Source: a virus. Taken from it: 59,846 bases of DNA. Below the pieces are notes generated by a model, which was not told the origin of the DNA, made no database searches, and saw only the letters and a list, made by a program, of their open reading frames with translations. How positions within the stretch are numbered: the stretch's first letter is position 1; every line of letters starts with the position of its first letter. The position numbers and the translations under genes were made by a program. The stretch spans positions 1 through 59,846 of IMG/VR virus record IMGVR_UViG_3300048823_000098; one strand, 5' to 3'. Below are positions 59,063 through 59,846 of the stretch, piece after piece.

Positions 59063-59846
59063 ATGTCACTTGGCGCGACCCCACGCGAGTGGGGTCACTT
59101 TGATCTGGCGCTAGGCTTAGGCGCCAACCTGCTGCCCTGCGTGCCGGCAGGCCCCGACGTGCGCGTGCTTCCTGGCAGCGCGCTGGAGGGCAAGGTCGGC
59201 AAGATCCCCAGCGTGTACAATGCTGAGGGTCAAGCGCACGGGCTGACAGGTTGGCAGGTGCGCGAGATCCTGCCCGACGCCCTGGCGATCTGGTCGAAGG
59301 ACTCGCGCTACAACGTATGCGTGCGCACCGGCCCGCTGAGCGGTGTGTACGCGTTCGATGTCGATGTGAACGATGAGGAGCTGAGCCAACGGATCGCGAT
59401 ACAGCTGCTGCACGCGCTGCCCCCAGGTGATTGGTCAGTGCGTAAGCGATCCAACAGTTTCAAGTTCCTCGTGCCGTTTCTGATGGAAGAATCATGCGAC
59501 AAGCGAATCATCAAACTCGATCACGAGAAGCGTGGCAAGAAGATCGAGCTGCTGGGCGATGGTCAGCAGTTCGTCGCTGCTGGCACGCACGACTCAGGAG
59601 TGCGGTACGAGTGGGGCGGCGGATTACCGTCGCGTTTGCCGTTGCTTACGCAATCGCAAGTGGATGCACTGTGGGCGCATCTATCGCAGAAGTTCTCGGT
59701 ATCGCCAACGACAGACGCTGGCGCCCCATCGAAAGACCGCACATCGAATGAGGATGATCCTGTCCGCACTGAGATGACGGACAGTGAGTGGGAAGAACTG
59801 GGCAGCGCCCTGCGTCACATCCAGCAGGGCGACTTTGCTGAAACCA
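59063..59846 (+). CDS. Prim-Pol (bifunctional primase-polymerase) N-terminal domain. The ORF runs off the window and continues at 1..1914.
   Basis: VYAFDVDV (DxD) and AAGTHDSGVRYEW motifs. No stop before the window end. In phase with 55..1914 once the 127-nt overlap is removed. Confidence 0.85.
   Translation, partial: MSLGATPREWGHFDLALGLGANLLPCVPAGPDVRVLPGSALEGKVGKIPSVYNAEGQAHGLTGWQVREILPDALAIWSKDSRYNVCVRTGPLSGVYAFDVDVNDEELSQRIAIQLLHALPPGDWSVRKRSNSFKFLVPFLMEESCDKRIIKLDHEKRGKKIELLGDGQQFVAAGTHDSGVRYEWGGGLPSRLPLLTQSQVDALWAHLSQKFSVSPTTDAGAPSKDRTSNEDDPVRTEMTDSEWEELGSALRHIQQGDFAET
59720..59846. repeat. Second copy of the contig-end overlap (identical to 1..127)
   Basis: Direct sequence identity with 1..127. 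Confidence 0.95.

Overview
The window is a complete, GC-rich tailed-phage genome. Bases 1-127 are identical to 59720-59846, so the contig is circular or terminally redundant with a unit length of 59719 bp. It has two arms. The rightward (+) arm runs from about 55181 through the contig junction to 19047. It carries early and replication genes: a Prim-Pol primase/NTPase spanning the junction, an ECF-sigma-like protein, tRNA-Asn, a truncated large serine recombinase, a SprT-like protease, a DUF2800-like exonuclease, a DUF2815-like SSB, family-A DNA polymerase, VRR-NUC, an SNF2 helicase, a metallophosphoesterase and DUF3310. The leftward (-) arm runs from 54394 down to 18884. Its morphogenesis core is syntenic with P22: TerS, TerL, portal, scaffold, coat, gp4-like, gp10-like, then large ejection-type proteins and tail fibres. 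An endolysin/holin/Rz-Rz1 lysis cassette is inserted into this core. I found no rRNA, CRISPR array, transposase or RNA polymerase. The observations I consider most worth follow-up are listed here. (1) The palindrome GTTTAAAC is strongly over-represented (9 perfect copies plus 4 near copies) and clusters at gene starts and at the centre of a symmetric divergent promoter region. (2) A roughly 770-bp non-coding hub carries several repeat families. (3) Four tandem small Gly/Pro/Asn-rich paralogs share an N-terminal PGF-x-C-x-N-D motif. (4) TerL is split into two ORFs exactly at the ATPase/nuclease linker. (5) A decayed tandem partial duplication covers the helicase 5' end. (6) An HslV/proteasome-like protease and two tandem GroES-like genes are present. 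All functional calls come from motifs I recognised by eye; no database search was run. Start codons are often inferred from ATGA, GTGA or TAATG overlaps, Shine-Dalgarno motifs and hand-counted third-position GC.
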